64,000 bases of DNA from Methanotrichaceae archaeon (lineage in GTDB: Archaea > Halobacteriota > Methanosarcinia > Methanotrichales > Methanotrichaceae): positions 320,001 to 384,000 of the forward strand of contig CAWDLW010000015.1 in the NCBI GenBank assembly GCA_963803145.1, written 5' to 3'. A program made the translations under genes and the position numbers. This document shows, piece by piece, positions 42,845-52,800 of the stretch. A model generated the notes under the pieces. That model worked only from the letters and a program-made list of their open reading frames with translations. It had not been told where the DNA came from and did no database searches. Within the stretch, counting starts at the first letter, position 1; the number at the start of each line of letters is the position of its first letter.

Positions 42845-43435
42845 TGTCGTAGCAGTGGATTCAACCTGCGTAAAGGTCACGAGAAAGGAGAATAGGTAGG
42901 AGAGAAACATGGTACTGAGCCCAGAGGTTAGATCAAGTTACATATCGCTGTTGATATTGAGACGAAGAAACCAATATCTTTCGAGATCACTGATGAGAGA
43001 ACGCCTGACGTAAGATGGTCAGGCCTCAACTGAATGGCGTATTGATGAAGGATTCTATAATGGATACTGGCTATGATACTGAAGTCGTATTTAAATTTAT
43101 AAAGGAGTGACATTGGCTAATATCAACGTCAGAAAGAATGCTATTGTTAAGGCGGGTACTGAGATGGCTGAGTCAGTTCTGGAATTAAAGAAATATGGAT
43201 ATGGTAGCTGGAAAAAGATTCAAAAATATAGCAAGAGATGGGCAGCAGAAAGCTTCTTTTCTGTGATCAAAAGAATCTTTGGAAAAACTGTTAGATCTAA
43301 CTCTTTAGAAGACATGATAATGTAAGTAGCAGGCGGATAGCGCCTTTTAATATAATATTATCATGGTTAGATATTGAAATTTATTCATTAAATACATTAT
43401 CGTATATCAATAATTATTCAATTATCCAACACAGT
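42845..43435 (+). pseudogene. Degraded IS5-family (IS903-like) transposase with right end
   Basis: AVDST.VKV, KLHIAVD, DTGYD, YSKRW.AES.FS.IKR.FG with stops/frameshifts; end ttatccaacacagt. Confidence 0.8.
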
Positions 43436-43547
43436 GTGGTATATGAAGTCAACGGTTTCGGGACTCTACAATTTAGGAATTCTCAAGCGAAATATTCATT
43501 AATACAGACAACGAAAGTACAAAGGTTATAATTATTGGAGATTAAAA

Positions 43548-43649
43548 ATGAAATATGAAAAACCTGAAATCACGGAGCTAGAACTAAATGACGAAATAGA
43601 TGATGATGAAATAAGCATAAATTGCGAAGGGTGCGGATGTGGAACTTAG
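43548..43649 (+). CDS. Putative RiPP precursor peptide, 33 aa (not in ORF track)
   Basis: MKYEKPEITELELNDEIDDDEISINCEGCGCGT; ggag RBS at 43537-43540; Y-x-x-P-x-I RRE-binding leader motif; next to PqqD. Confidence 0.85.
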   Translation: MKYEKPEITELELNDEIDDDEISINCEGCGCGT

Positions 43650-43788
43650 TCAAATGGCGGCGATGCGCCCCACTGCAAGCAGCGGAGCATGCAAGGCACT
43701 GCCGCATAATTCACAGTTGGCTAACTGATCCCACCTACGTTGGATGAGAATGCTCTTTTATCCAAGCCACACCAAGCTGTAGGGTATT
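43648..43788 (-). mobile_element. ~140-bp non-autonomous IS200 derivative carrying both end hairpins
   Basis: Reverse complement starts aataccctacagcttggtgtgg and ends gcggcagtgccttgcatgctccgctgcttgcag...tttgact, matching both ends of the IS at 44889-45494. Confidence 0.75.
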
Positions 43789-43797
43789 ACTTTTAAA

Positions 43798-43830
43798 ATA
43801 AAATGCGAAAAACCTGAAATTAAGGAATAG
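43798..43830 (+). pseudogene. Vestigial second copy of the precursor leader
   Basis: ata aaa tgc gaa aaa cct gaa att aag gaa tag (IKCEKPEIKE*) versus atg aaa tat gaa aaa cct gaa atc acg gag. Confidence 0.65.
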
Positions 43831-43836
43831 GGACAT

Positions 43837-44088
43837 ATGGAAATTTCCAGGTCGATTAAGATGGTTAGGCGACTTGATAAAATACTACTATATTCGTCAG
43901 AGGAAGGAGATTTATTCCAGATAAATGAAATAGGCGCTTTTATTTTAGAAAAAATAAGAACGGGGAAAAATGAGAGAGAAATAGTTTTAGAACTGGAAAA
44001 AGAAACATATGAAAAAGAGGATAGAATAAAAGAGGATGTAAAAGAGTTTTTAGGAATCCTTAAAGAAAAAGGCATAATAAATGATTGA
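43837..44088 (+). CDS. PqqD family RiPP recognition element (RRE)
   Basis: LFQINEIGAFILEKI.....EIV.EL...Y......I..DV.EFL..L..KGII. Confidence 0.9.
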   Translation: MEISRSIKMVRRLDKILLYSSEEGDLFQINEIGAFILEKIRTGKNEREIVLELEKETYEKEDRIKEDVKEFLGILKEKGIIND

Positions 44089-44887
44089 TAGTAGATTAAT
44101 TGGTATTCTTGATAGAGATGTATTAATTCTTATAAAAATTTTGAAGAGGATGCAAAAGGTAGGTATAGAAAATTCACGGCAAACACAAGTTGCAGGTGCA
44201 TTATTGAAATTGGGTCTGGATAAAGAGGATGAATCTCTACAAAAAGTCCTTCAGGTATCCATACAAAGAACCGAGGAAAATAAAATCTCTGATATGAGCG
44301 AAGCAATAAATTGTCTGAAATTGTTTTCCTTTTATAAAAGATGTTTTGAAACAAGTGTAACGAAACTAGTAAATATTATTGTAGATTGTTTGAATGATGA
44401 TGGAGGATTGGGGAAATTCAAAGGAGATAGAAGTAGAATTCCCATTTGTTGGAGTTTATTAGAATCTTTTTACTACCTCAACAAGGAGGAAGATAATAAT
44501 ATTGTAGAAATTATTAATTGCATGGAAAGAGAGTGGTCGAATGATATGAAATTCGGTGGATTAAGCTATAAATGTGCTGGAATACTAATTGCAGCCAATT
44601 ACTATCCCCTATTTGATAATGAATTTATTGAGAAATCATTGAATTGGTTAATAAATGATCAATCCGAAGATGGTGGATGGAGTGCCAAGAAAGGTTTTTC
44701 TGTTGGTTCAGTTCCGTCTTATACTGGATTAGCATTGCGGGCACTAACAAACTATGGAAAAAGCGATGAAGTTGAAAATACAATTTCACATGGAATAGGT
44801 TGGCTAATAGCAACAAGGCAAAGGGGTTTATGGAAAGAACATCCGATAGAAAGAGCATTAATAGAAGTAGATTTGTTTTTATTTTAA
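44081..44887 (+). CDS. Prenyltransferase / squalene-oxidosqualene cyclase repeat (alpha/alpha barrel) protein
   Basis: LNDDGGLG, WLINDQSEDGGW, YTGLALRAL, GIGWL...Q.GLW QW-type repeats; overlaps the RRE gene. Confidence 0.8.
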   Translation: MIDSRLIGILDRDVLILIKILKRMQKVGIENSRQTQVAGALLKLGLDKEDESLQKVLQVSIQRTEENKISDMSEAINCLKLFSFYKRCFETSVTKLVNIIVDCLNDDGGLGKFKGDRSRIPICWSLLESFYYLNKEEDNNIVEIINCMEREWSNDMKFGGLSYKCAGILIAANYYPLFDNEFIEKSLNWLINDQSEDGGWSAKKGFSVGSVPSYTGLALRALTNYGKSDEVENTISHGIGWLIATRQRGLWKEHPIERALIEVDLFLF

Positions 44888-44888
44888 C

Positions 44889-45494
44889 GAATACCCCACA
44901 GCTTGCTGTGGGGATGGCAAACTAACAGGGGATTAATAAGGTATTTAGTTCTAGCAGGCGCTATCTGAATTAATGCTGGAATTGCGGCATGCAAGCCATT
45001 GTGTTTACAGAATCAGATATCATATGGTGCTTTGTGTAAAATATAGAAAGAAATTACTTATCGATCAGGAAAGGATAGACCTTTTTAAGAATGTATGTAT
45101 TGAGATTGGTGAAAGATATTGTTTTGAATTTGATGCTATTGGGACAGATGGAGACCATGTCCACGTTTTTGTTGGATCAGCGCCAAAATATGCGCCATCT
45201 AAGGTTATGCAAGTTATAAAAAGTATAACTGCAAGGCAAATTTTCAGAGCCTTTCCTGAAATCAGAAAACAACTTTGGGGTGGAGAGTTTTGGAGTGATG
45301 GTGGCTATATTGGTACCGTAGGTGAGGGTATAACTGCTGAAATTATAAGAAATTATATTGAAAGGCAAGGATCGATTGAGGAGAAAGAAAGCTATAATCA
45401 AATGAAGCTGTTTGAATTTGAATAAGCGGGGCTATTGCGGCGGCGCCTCGCATGCCCCGCAGCTTGCTGCGCGGGTGCGCCGCCGCAGTTTGAC
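44889..45494 (+). mobile_element. IS200 element with subterminal hairpins
   Basis: Left hairpin ccccacagcttgctgtgggg; right hairpin ccccgcagcttgctgcgcggg ending tttgac. Confidence 0.88.
44973..45425 (+). CDS. tnpA: IS200/IS605 transposase TnpA (HUH)
   Basis: YH.V.CVKYR, DHVH, WSDGGY, catalytic Y in YIERQG. Confidence 0.95.
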   Translation: MLELRHASHCVYRIRYHMVLCVKYRKKLLIDQERIDLFKNVCIEIGERYCFEFDAIGTDGDHVHVFVGSAPKYAPSKVMQVIKSITARQIFRAFPEIRKQLWGGEFWSDGGYIGTVGEGITAEIIRNYIERQGSIEEKESYNQMKLFEFE

Positions 45495-45551
45495 TCAATC
45501 AAATTTCATCCCAGCATAATAATAACATTTAATACGAATTATTATTATAGT

Positions 45552-46316
45552 CTATTCAGTCTTCCACCAATCTCGATTTCCTGCAATCGCATCAGTTAGA
45601 AATTTCTTATGTCTTTCAATTTCTTCATAGATTTCTCCATTCTTACAAATGAGGCCATGTCCTGGTACTAATATTTCGATCTTCATCTCTTTTAATTTTT
45701 CAAGCGATCGTATCCATAGTTCCCACAATTTATGGTTTCCGAAACGCAATGTAGGTAAATATTTTGAGTAAATCAAATCGCCTACATAAATTACTCTCTC
45801 TTCAGGCATATAAACCGAAATATTAGTATCAGTATGTCCAGGCGTCAGAATTAGTTCCACTTCGATTCCACCTACACTTAATGATGTATCTTTTTCGATA
45901 AATTTATCTGGATTACAAACGATAGTCTTAGCAAAAAATTTTTCTATTTTCTTGGAGTCCTTCTGCTCTTTGAATCCTGATGAGAGTATATCGTTCATCC
46001 GGTTAATCATCGATTCCATATTCATATGTTTATTATAAGCAATCATATTATATGCAATAATTTCGGCTCCGATTTCTTTGAAAATTGAATTGCCAAGCGT
46101 GTGATCAAAATGGAGTTCAGTATTGATCAAATACTTTATTTTATTCTGGGGTGCACTTACCTTAGCGTAACCTAAAATTGTTTGAGCTGATAGATAATTA
46201 AATGCGGAGTCGATAATCAATGTCTCTCCATCGCCTGTTATAAATCCGGCATTTACACTGAAACCAGTTTCATGAGCCAAACCAGTTACCGCAAAACAAT
46301 GTCTACTAAGTTCCAT
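45552..46316 (-). CDS. MBL-fold metallo-hydrolase
   Basis: TELHFDHTLGN, GHT, GDL, PGHG. Confidence 0.9.
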   Translation of the reverse strand: MELSRHCFAVTGLAHETGFSVNAGFITGDGETLIIDSAFNYLSAQTILGYAKVSAPQNKIKYLINTELHFDHTLGNSIFKEIGAEIIAYNMIAYNKHMNMESMINRMNDILSSGFKEQKDSKKIEKFFAKTIVCNPDKFIEKDTSLSVGGIEVELILTPGHTDTNISVYMPEERVIYVGDLIYSKYLPTLRFGNHKLWELWIRSLEKLKEMKIEILVPGHGLICKNGEIYEEIERHKKFLTDAIAGNRDWWKTE

Positions 46317-46459
46317 AATTTGGTCTCCTTGCGGATTTAGAGATTAAATGATAGGATTACTATTAACTCTTGCTATTGAGCAGCTAATCCAATGTCGCTA
46401 ATCACGTCGATATTATCCATTTTCCTTTAATTATATCTTATATTGATTATTTTTTGCCA

Positions 46460-46900
46460 GTTTCCGCTAGTCTAGAGACATCCGAGGCAAAGATATTTCC
46501 AACACAAATTTGGAGACAGTGTCTCTAGCCCTTCTAGTCGAAACGCCCTGTAGATATGATTCTGCTATTGCAATTCTCAAAGACTTTTTATTCGGGATGA
46601 TCAATCGGGTATGTGCGATTGGACGGGAAGCGCGCGAAATTGTGGCTTACTCAGAATTACTTCTCAGTGAAGGATCTGGAGGGATCTCTTTCTGGTGCCA
46701 TTACGTCGCGTTCTCCTTCTGCCAGAATGTTCATAGGGTTGGCCTGAATCTGGTTCAATGCCTCCTGTTGCATCACTTTATTCAAGAACCAAGTAATCAG
46801 ATTCTTCATCCTATTACTACGATCAACAAGGCAATCTTCTGCTAAATCCTCAATATCATGGTTCAGTGTCCTTCCGTTATGTCCAATGGCCCAGGGGATA
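46460..46900 (-). pseudogene. IS256-family transposase remnant
   Basis: Manual translation LNKVMQQEA...RNG and IAIAESYLQGVSTRR with frameshifts. Confidence 0.75.
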
Positions 46901-47037
46901 CAGGGAGATATTATCTAGTTATCCTACCACTAATTTACAGCAAAGTGGTACGCTGCCAGAATTGTTGACATTCAGAGTGGCAATTCATAGACGCCATACA
47001 CGACCTAATGACGAGGGAAAAGAGAAACCTTTATTTA

Positions 47038-48120
47038 TAGTTAATCATTGAGCTTATTGCCCTATAGATACATTTAATAATTAATGCGTGAAAATACATA
47101 GGCATGGGTAGAAAACCTATAATAATTAGGCATATATCAAAGATAGACCTTGATAAATTATATAAAAAAGAGACTGATCTAAGGATTAAGGAACGGTTAT
47201 TGGCAATAATACATTTATATGAAGGGAAAAACGTATATGAGGTAGCTGATATTTTAAAAAGGGGCGAGAGGACAATAAAATATTGGTTAAGCAGATGGAA
47301 TAATCAAGGCTATAATGGATTGACACCAAAGAATAGAAATGGCAAAAAGCCAAAGATGTCTCTTGATGAATGGGATAGAGTTATTAAAGAAATTGAAGAC
47401 AAAGGAATGACGATAAAAGACGTATTAAAATATGTAAGGGATACAAGAGGTATAGATTTTTCATATAAATATGGCTGGCGAATTTTAAGAGTAGTGAAAA
47501 AAGTTAAGTATGGGAAACCATACATCAGAAATGAAAAGAGGCCTGCAGATGCAGAAAGTTTTTTAAAAAAGGATAAAATCAGTGCTGACCACTGTTACTG
47601 ATCCTGTTATAGGATTTCTTGATGAAAGCTCTTTACAACAGCGCCCTAATACACGTAGAGTCTTAAACACTCATTTAATAAATTATAAACCTGGAAAGGT
47701 TAGATCAAGAACTATTTTTGGATTTATAGCATTAAATGGCAATGATGAGGTTATGGTTTCCAACTCCTCTAAGAAGGAAGCGTTGATGGCATTTGCTCAA
47801 AATATAAGAAATAATAATATTATGAGGCCAATTTGTATACTTTTAGATAATGCTAGAATTCATTTGGCCAAGAAATTTAGAAAACTAGCTGAGGAAATCG
47901 ATATTCACTTAATTTATAATATCCCCTATTCACCAGATTTGAATCCTATAGAATTCGGTTGGAAGGATTTCAAAAGAGAGATCGCCAAATACACTGATTT
48001 CGATGAAGCTATTATAGCTAGCCAAGATTGCGCTTTAGAAATATTTTATTCCAAAAAGGATGGATATTCAAAGTCCTGGGTGGAGCGATTTCTTAGTGCA
48101 AAAAGCTAGGAGATTAACTA
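47038..48120 (+). mobile_element. IS630-family element, copy A (1083 bp; two ORFs, probable frameshift at ttttttaaaaaag)
   Basis: IR tagttaatc / gattaacta with flanking TA; ORFs 47104-47601 (HTH) and 47582-48109 (DES, LDNARIH, YSPDLNPIE). Confidence 0.92.
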
Positions 48121-48154
48121 TAATAACGACAGGGCAAGTACCCTTAGATGAGAT

Positions 48155-48634
48155 ATGGTCGACGATAATGTGGCTGATACGAAGATATATCTTGAATTGG
48201 ATGATGAACTTAAAAACGTTCTAGAAGATAACGAACTAGATATTTCCGATTTACTGCAAAACGAGGGAATTGAAGCAGTTGTCAAGCCAGGGACGGCACC
48301 GTACCAGACAGAAGATAATGATGCCAGAGATAAGGAACCAATTTCGATCATTATAGCCTGTAGTATTGCGATAGTTCCTATAGTATGGGCTATCTCCAAA
48401 GGATTAAGTACATTGTACAATAATAAGCCCATAGTTGAAAAAATTAGCGAACTTGTGGAGTTAAGGGACGCGAATGATAACATATTGATGAATAAAGACG
48501 GAAATCCAATTTTTAAAAAAATAGAAAGGTATGTGATACTTCAACCTAAATTAGAAGAAAAGCTGGAGATTAAGGCAACGTTTGATCTTAGAAATGGAAT
48601 CGTCATCCAAATCAGTTCAGAAACGAAAAGCTAA
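48155..48634 (+). CDS. Small membrane protein upstream of caspase (EACC1-like architecture)
   Basis: Acidic N-terminus, one hydrophobic helix ISIIIACSIAIVPIVWAIS, beta-rich C-terminus; first gene of the caspase operon. Confidence 0.65.
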   Translation: MVDDNVADTKIYLELDDELKNVLEDNELDISDLLQNEGIEAVVKPGTAPYQTEDNDARDKEPISIIIACSIAIVPIVWAISKGLSTLYNNKPIVEKISELVELRDANDNILMNKDGNPIFKKIERYVILQPKLEEKLEIKATFDLRNGIVIQISSETKS

Positions 48635-48667
48635 CTGCGTAGTGATCCAGTTTAGAGTTTAATTAAG

Positions 48668-49879
48668 GTGGCTGCAATGGCTTATAAGGCATTTATCATT
48701 GGTATTAACACACTAGGCTTGAAATATTGTGATAGAGATGCAGATCTGATGAAATATGCCCTCTCAAAACGCGGCTATAATGTAAATGTAATAAATAAAG
48801 AAGCGAAAAAGTATGATATCATGCCGAAATATATCGATATATTGGGAGATTGCCGAATAGTAGATACCTTAATTTTCTTTTTTTCAGGTCATGGCAAACC
48901 CATTGGGCGCGAACTTTTTTTATTTACCAAGGGAGATGGTTCGGACGAATTAAACAAGATTCCAATTAGTGAGATTTTGGGGCCTTTGGAACGGTGCGCC
49001 GCCAAAAACAAACTTGTAATCTTAGATTGTTGCCGGGCAGGAAGACTAAATGGTAGTGGTGAGTGGAATTGTCCTGAACCGGGGGATTTCTATCGCATTC
49101 TTGTTGCTGCGAATCCTCTAGAAAAGGCCAAAGAGATCGATGATTTGCGAGCAAGTTTTTTAACGCATAAAATTCATTCAGCACTTACAAATCCTCCCGA
49201 AGCTATCTTGGACAAAGGAAAAATTCGAATAAACAACCTTTCTGATTGGCTACGTAAGCAGGCGGACTTACATAATGTGTCATCATTGATAAAAGTCCCC
49301 CGACCATATCTGATTGGAGCCGATAGGGCGGATTTTGAGATCTGCATTCTTGAAAAGTCACTTATCGAGCCAATGGAAGGCAAAACCATAATCAATGATA
49401 GGCAATTGATTGATGAAATAAGAGAATGGAAAGTGATTCATACAAAATCGCAATCCCTTCAAGATCATCTAGCCGAAATGATTCGACATCTTCATATATC
49501 CCGATTTGAACCCTTTGGTTCAAAGGGTTTTAATAATTCAATGCAAAGCGCGGAAAATGAATGGATACGATGCGCTTCTTATTTTAAAGAGATACTGGAG
49601 GATGTTAAGGGATTTCGCTACATTGCGGCGAATGAGGCAGTTCTACAGTGTTTACCATACGCTACAGAACCATCTATTAAACCTATATTGGATCGGATTA
49701 GAATAGCAAAGAGCCCTGAAGACGCTTTAGATATCCAACGACTGATAGTCGATATTAAACAAGTTATAGATGAAATGCTTCATGTAGCTGATAAACAAAT
49801 TGTCTTATTAGTTGATAAGCTAGCAATTAAATCATCGTCCGAAACGATTGAGGCAAATCATGTCGTTACAGAAGCTTGA
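48668..49879 (+). CDS. Caspase-like peptidase C14 with C-terminal helical domain
   Basis: AFIIGIN, L.YC..DA, FFFSGHG (His) and ILDCCRAG (Cys) catalytic dyad. Confidence 0.9.
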   Translation: MAAMAYKAFIIGINTLGLKYCDRDADLMKYALSKRGYNVNVINKEAKKYDIMPKYIDILGDCRIVDTLIFFFSGHGKPIGRELFLFTKGDGSDELNKIPISEILGPLERCAAKNKLVILDCCRAGRLNGSGEWNCPEPGDFYRILVAANPLEKAKEIDDLRASFLTHKIHSALTNPPEAILDKGKIRINNLSDWLRKQADLHNVSSLIKVPRPYLIGADRADFEICILEKSLIEPMEGKTIINDRQLIDEIREWKVIHTKSQSLQDHLAEMIRHLHISRFEPFGSKGFNNSMQSAENEWIRCASYFKEILEDVKGFRYIAANEAVLQCLPYATEPSIKPILDRIRIAKSPEDALDIQRLIVDIKQVIDEMLHVADKQIVLLVDKLAIKSSSETIEANHVVTEA

Positions 49880-52800
49880 AAGTAATTATAGAAATTTTTT
49901 GAACTCATATAAATCTGAGAAACAGCTGGACATCCTTGAAGCTAAGAATCTTCTTAATACTTTTCGACAATCTGGCGAATTTATCAGCAGCCCAGAGGAA
50001 AGAGAGATTTTATCTGTATGGTGCAGGACAATTGCAGACATAATCTTTGAGAATACAGGGGAATATCTTCCTGTGAGAATCTTTCCTTTAGATAACATCA
50101 CAATATCATCTGAACCTGCCTCGATCCCCCTCCCTCGCCAGATACCTCCACCGCCAGCTGACTTTAAAGGCCGTAAGGACGAAATCATAAATATCCTATT
50201 ATGCTTCGATAAGGTAAGACCCATCATCGGTCTGCGTGGTATGGCTGGCGTTGGCAAGACTGCACTAGCACTTGTTTTGGCAGAGAGGCTAAAAGACCGT
50301 TTTCCTGATGGGAATCTCTTTCTAAACCTGCAAGGAACGACTAGTAATCCCCTTAGAGCAGCTGATGCTATGGCCCAAGTCATCCATTCGTATTACCCAA
50401 CTAAACGCCTGCCAGAGAGAGAAGACGAGTTGCGTGGGCTATATCTCTCAGTTCTGTCTGACAAACGAGTACTGCTTTTATTAGACAATGCGAAGAATAG
50501 AGAGCAGGTTGAGCCGTTGTTGCCTCCTTCAAGCTGCGCCGTTTTAATCACCTCAAGAAATAAATTTTCTTTGCCAGGCTTAACGGCACGAGATCTGGAT
50601 GTTTTGAGTTCTGCAGAAGCTCGTGAACTGCTCCTCGAAATCGCCGGACGGATTGGCGATCGATCTGACAATTTGGCAAATCTTTGCGGAAATCTTCCCC
50701 TGGCCCTTCGAAATGCTGCAAGCGTCTTGGCCGAGAGGGGAGACATAGATGTGGCTGATTACGAACGCTGCCTAAGTGACAAAAAGATGAGGCTAGATCT
50801 AGTATATGCTTCATTCAGTTTGACTTACGATCTTTTGTCTCCAGTGAAAAAGAAGCATTGGTGTCGTCTTTCGGTCTTTCCGCAAGACTTTGACCTAAAA
50901 GGTGGAACAGCAGTTTTGAAGATGGCTCTTGAACCATCTGCTAAGGTATTGAGCGACTTAGTTAAATGTAGTCTCGTGGATTTTATTCGCCCCGTAGATT
51001 CCGGAGAGGGACGTTACAAGCTGCATGACTTGGCTCGCCTTTTCGCTGAATCACGCCTGGAATCCAAGGAGCGTGACGATGCTGAGCATTGCCATGCTAA
51101 GTATTACTTGATAATGCTCTCTTCTGCGGAAACTCTCTACAATAAGGGCGGGGAAAATGTCATGGAAGGGCTGAAAATTCTCGATCGAGAATGGGCGAAT
51201 GTGCAGGCCGGACAGGCATTTGCCGTAAAAAATGCCAAAAAAAATGCGGATGCAGCTGCCCTCTGCATTGAATACGCTGATCCAGTGGGTATCCTTTCAT
51301 TGCGATTGCATCCCAACGATCTAATTCACTGGCTTGAGGTTTCTTTGGATGCAGCTAAGCAATTAAAAAGATCAGCTCAAGAAGGCATCATTCTAACGAA
51401 GATAGGATATACCTACTTCCAACTGGGCAAGGTTCAAGAGGCAATCCATCTCCATGAGAAGGCACTGACTATAAGCCGCAAGATCGGTGCCAGACGAGGT
51501 GAAGGAACCGTTCTGGGAAACCTGGGACAGGCCTATGCTGCTCTGGGCGAGACACGGAAGGTCATCGAATATTCTGAACACGCGCTGGCCATCGACCGTG
51601 AAATCGGAAACAAAAAAGGGGAAGATATCCGCTTGGGCAATCTGGGCTGTGCTTATTATGATTTAGGCGAGATGCATAAGGCCATCGAGTACTACGAGCA
51701 GGCGCTGACCATCGACCACGAGATTGGAGACAGAAGGAGCGAAGGAAAGCATCTGGGCGATATGGGATTGGCTTATGCCAGTCTGGGAAAGACTCGCGAA
51801 GCCATCGAGTACTACAAGCAGGCCTTGAATATTGCTTGCGAGCTCGGCGACCTAAGGACTAAAGGAAGACACATGGGCAATTTGGGCGGTGCTTATTACG
51901 ATCTAGGCTATATTCGTAAAGCGATCGAGCACTATGAGCAGGCGCTGGCCATCAGCCGCGAGATCGGGAACCCATGGATTGAAGGAGAAAATCTATGTAA
52001 TTTAGGGAATGCCTATGCTGCCTTAGAGGATACTAACAAGGCAATTATAGTTAATCCACGTAATTTTTACCTCATAGATACCCTTAAATAATTAATATAC
52101 GATATAGCCGTTCATGGGCAGGAAACCTGTAATTGTAAGACATATCTCGAAGGTAGAATTAGATCAATTGTATAAAGATGAGAGAAACATAAGAATTAAA
52201 GAACGGCTACTAGCGATAATACATTTATACGAAGGAAAGAATGTATATATAGTAGCTGATATTCTTAAACGAAGTGAAAAGACAATAAAGAATTGGCTAA
52301 GCGATTGGAACAAACAAGGATATGATGGATTGATACCACAGAATAGAAACGGCAAAGAACCAATGATATCTTTTGATGAATGGGATAAAATTATCGAAGA
52401 GATTGAGGACAAAGGAATGACTATAAAAGAGGTAATAAAATATGCAAAAGACACAAGAGGCGTAGAATATTCGTATAAAGGTGGTTGGAAGATTTTAAGA
52501 TCAATAAAGAAAGTCAAATATGGTAAACCATATATTAGAAATAATAAGAGGCCTGTTAATGCAGAAAGTTTTCTAAAAAAAGGATAGATTCAGTAATAAC
52601 AACAGTCAAAGAACCTATTATTGGATTCCTTGATGAAAGCTCTTTGCAACAGCGACCTAATACACGCAGGGTTTTAAACACCCATATGCTAAATTATCAA
52701 CCTGGAAAAGTTAGGTCTAGAACTGTTTTTGGGTTCATTGCATTGAATGGAAATGATGAAGTTATGGTCTCTCACTCATCCAAGAAAGAAGATTTAATGA

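Noticed and set aside
43548-44887. Lasso peptide cluster
   Set aside because: The leader motif and RRE fit, but there is no asparagine-synthetase-like cyclase or transglutaminase-like peptidase, and the core is too short.
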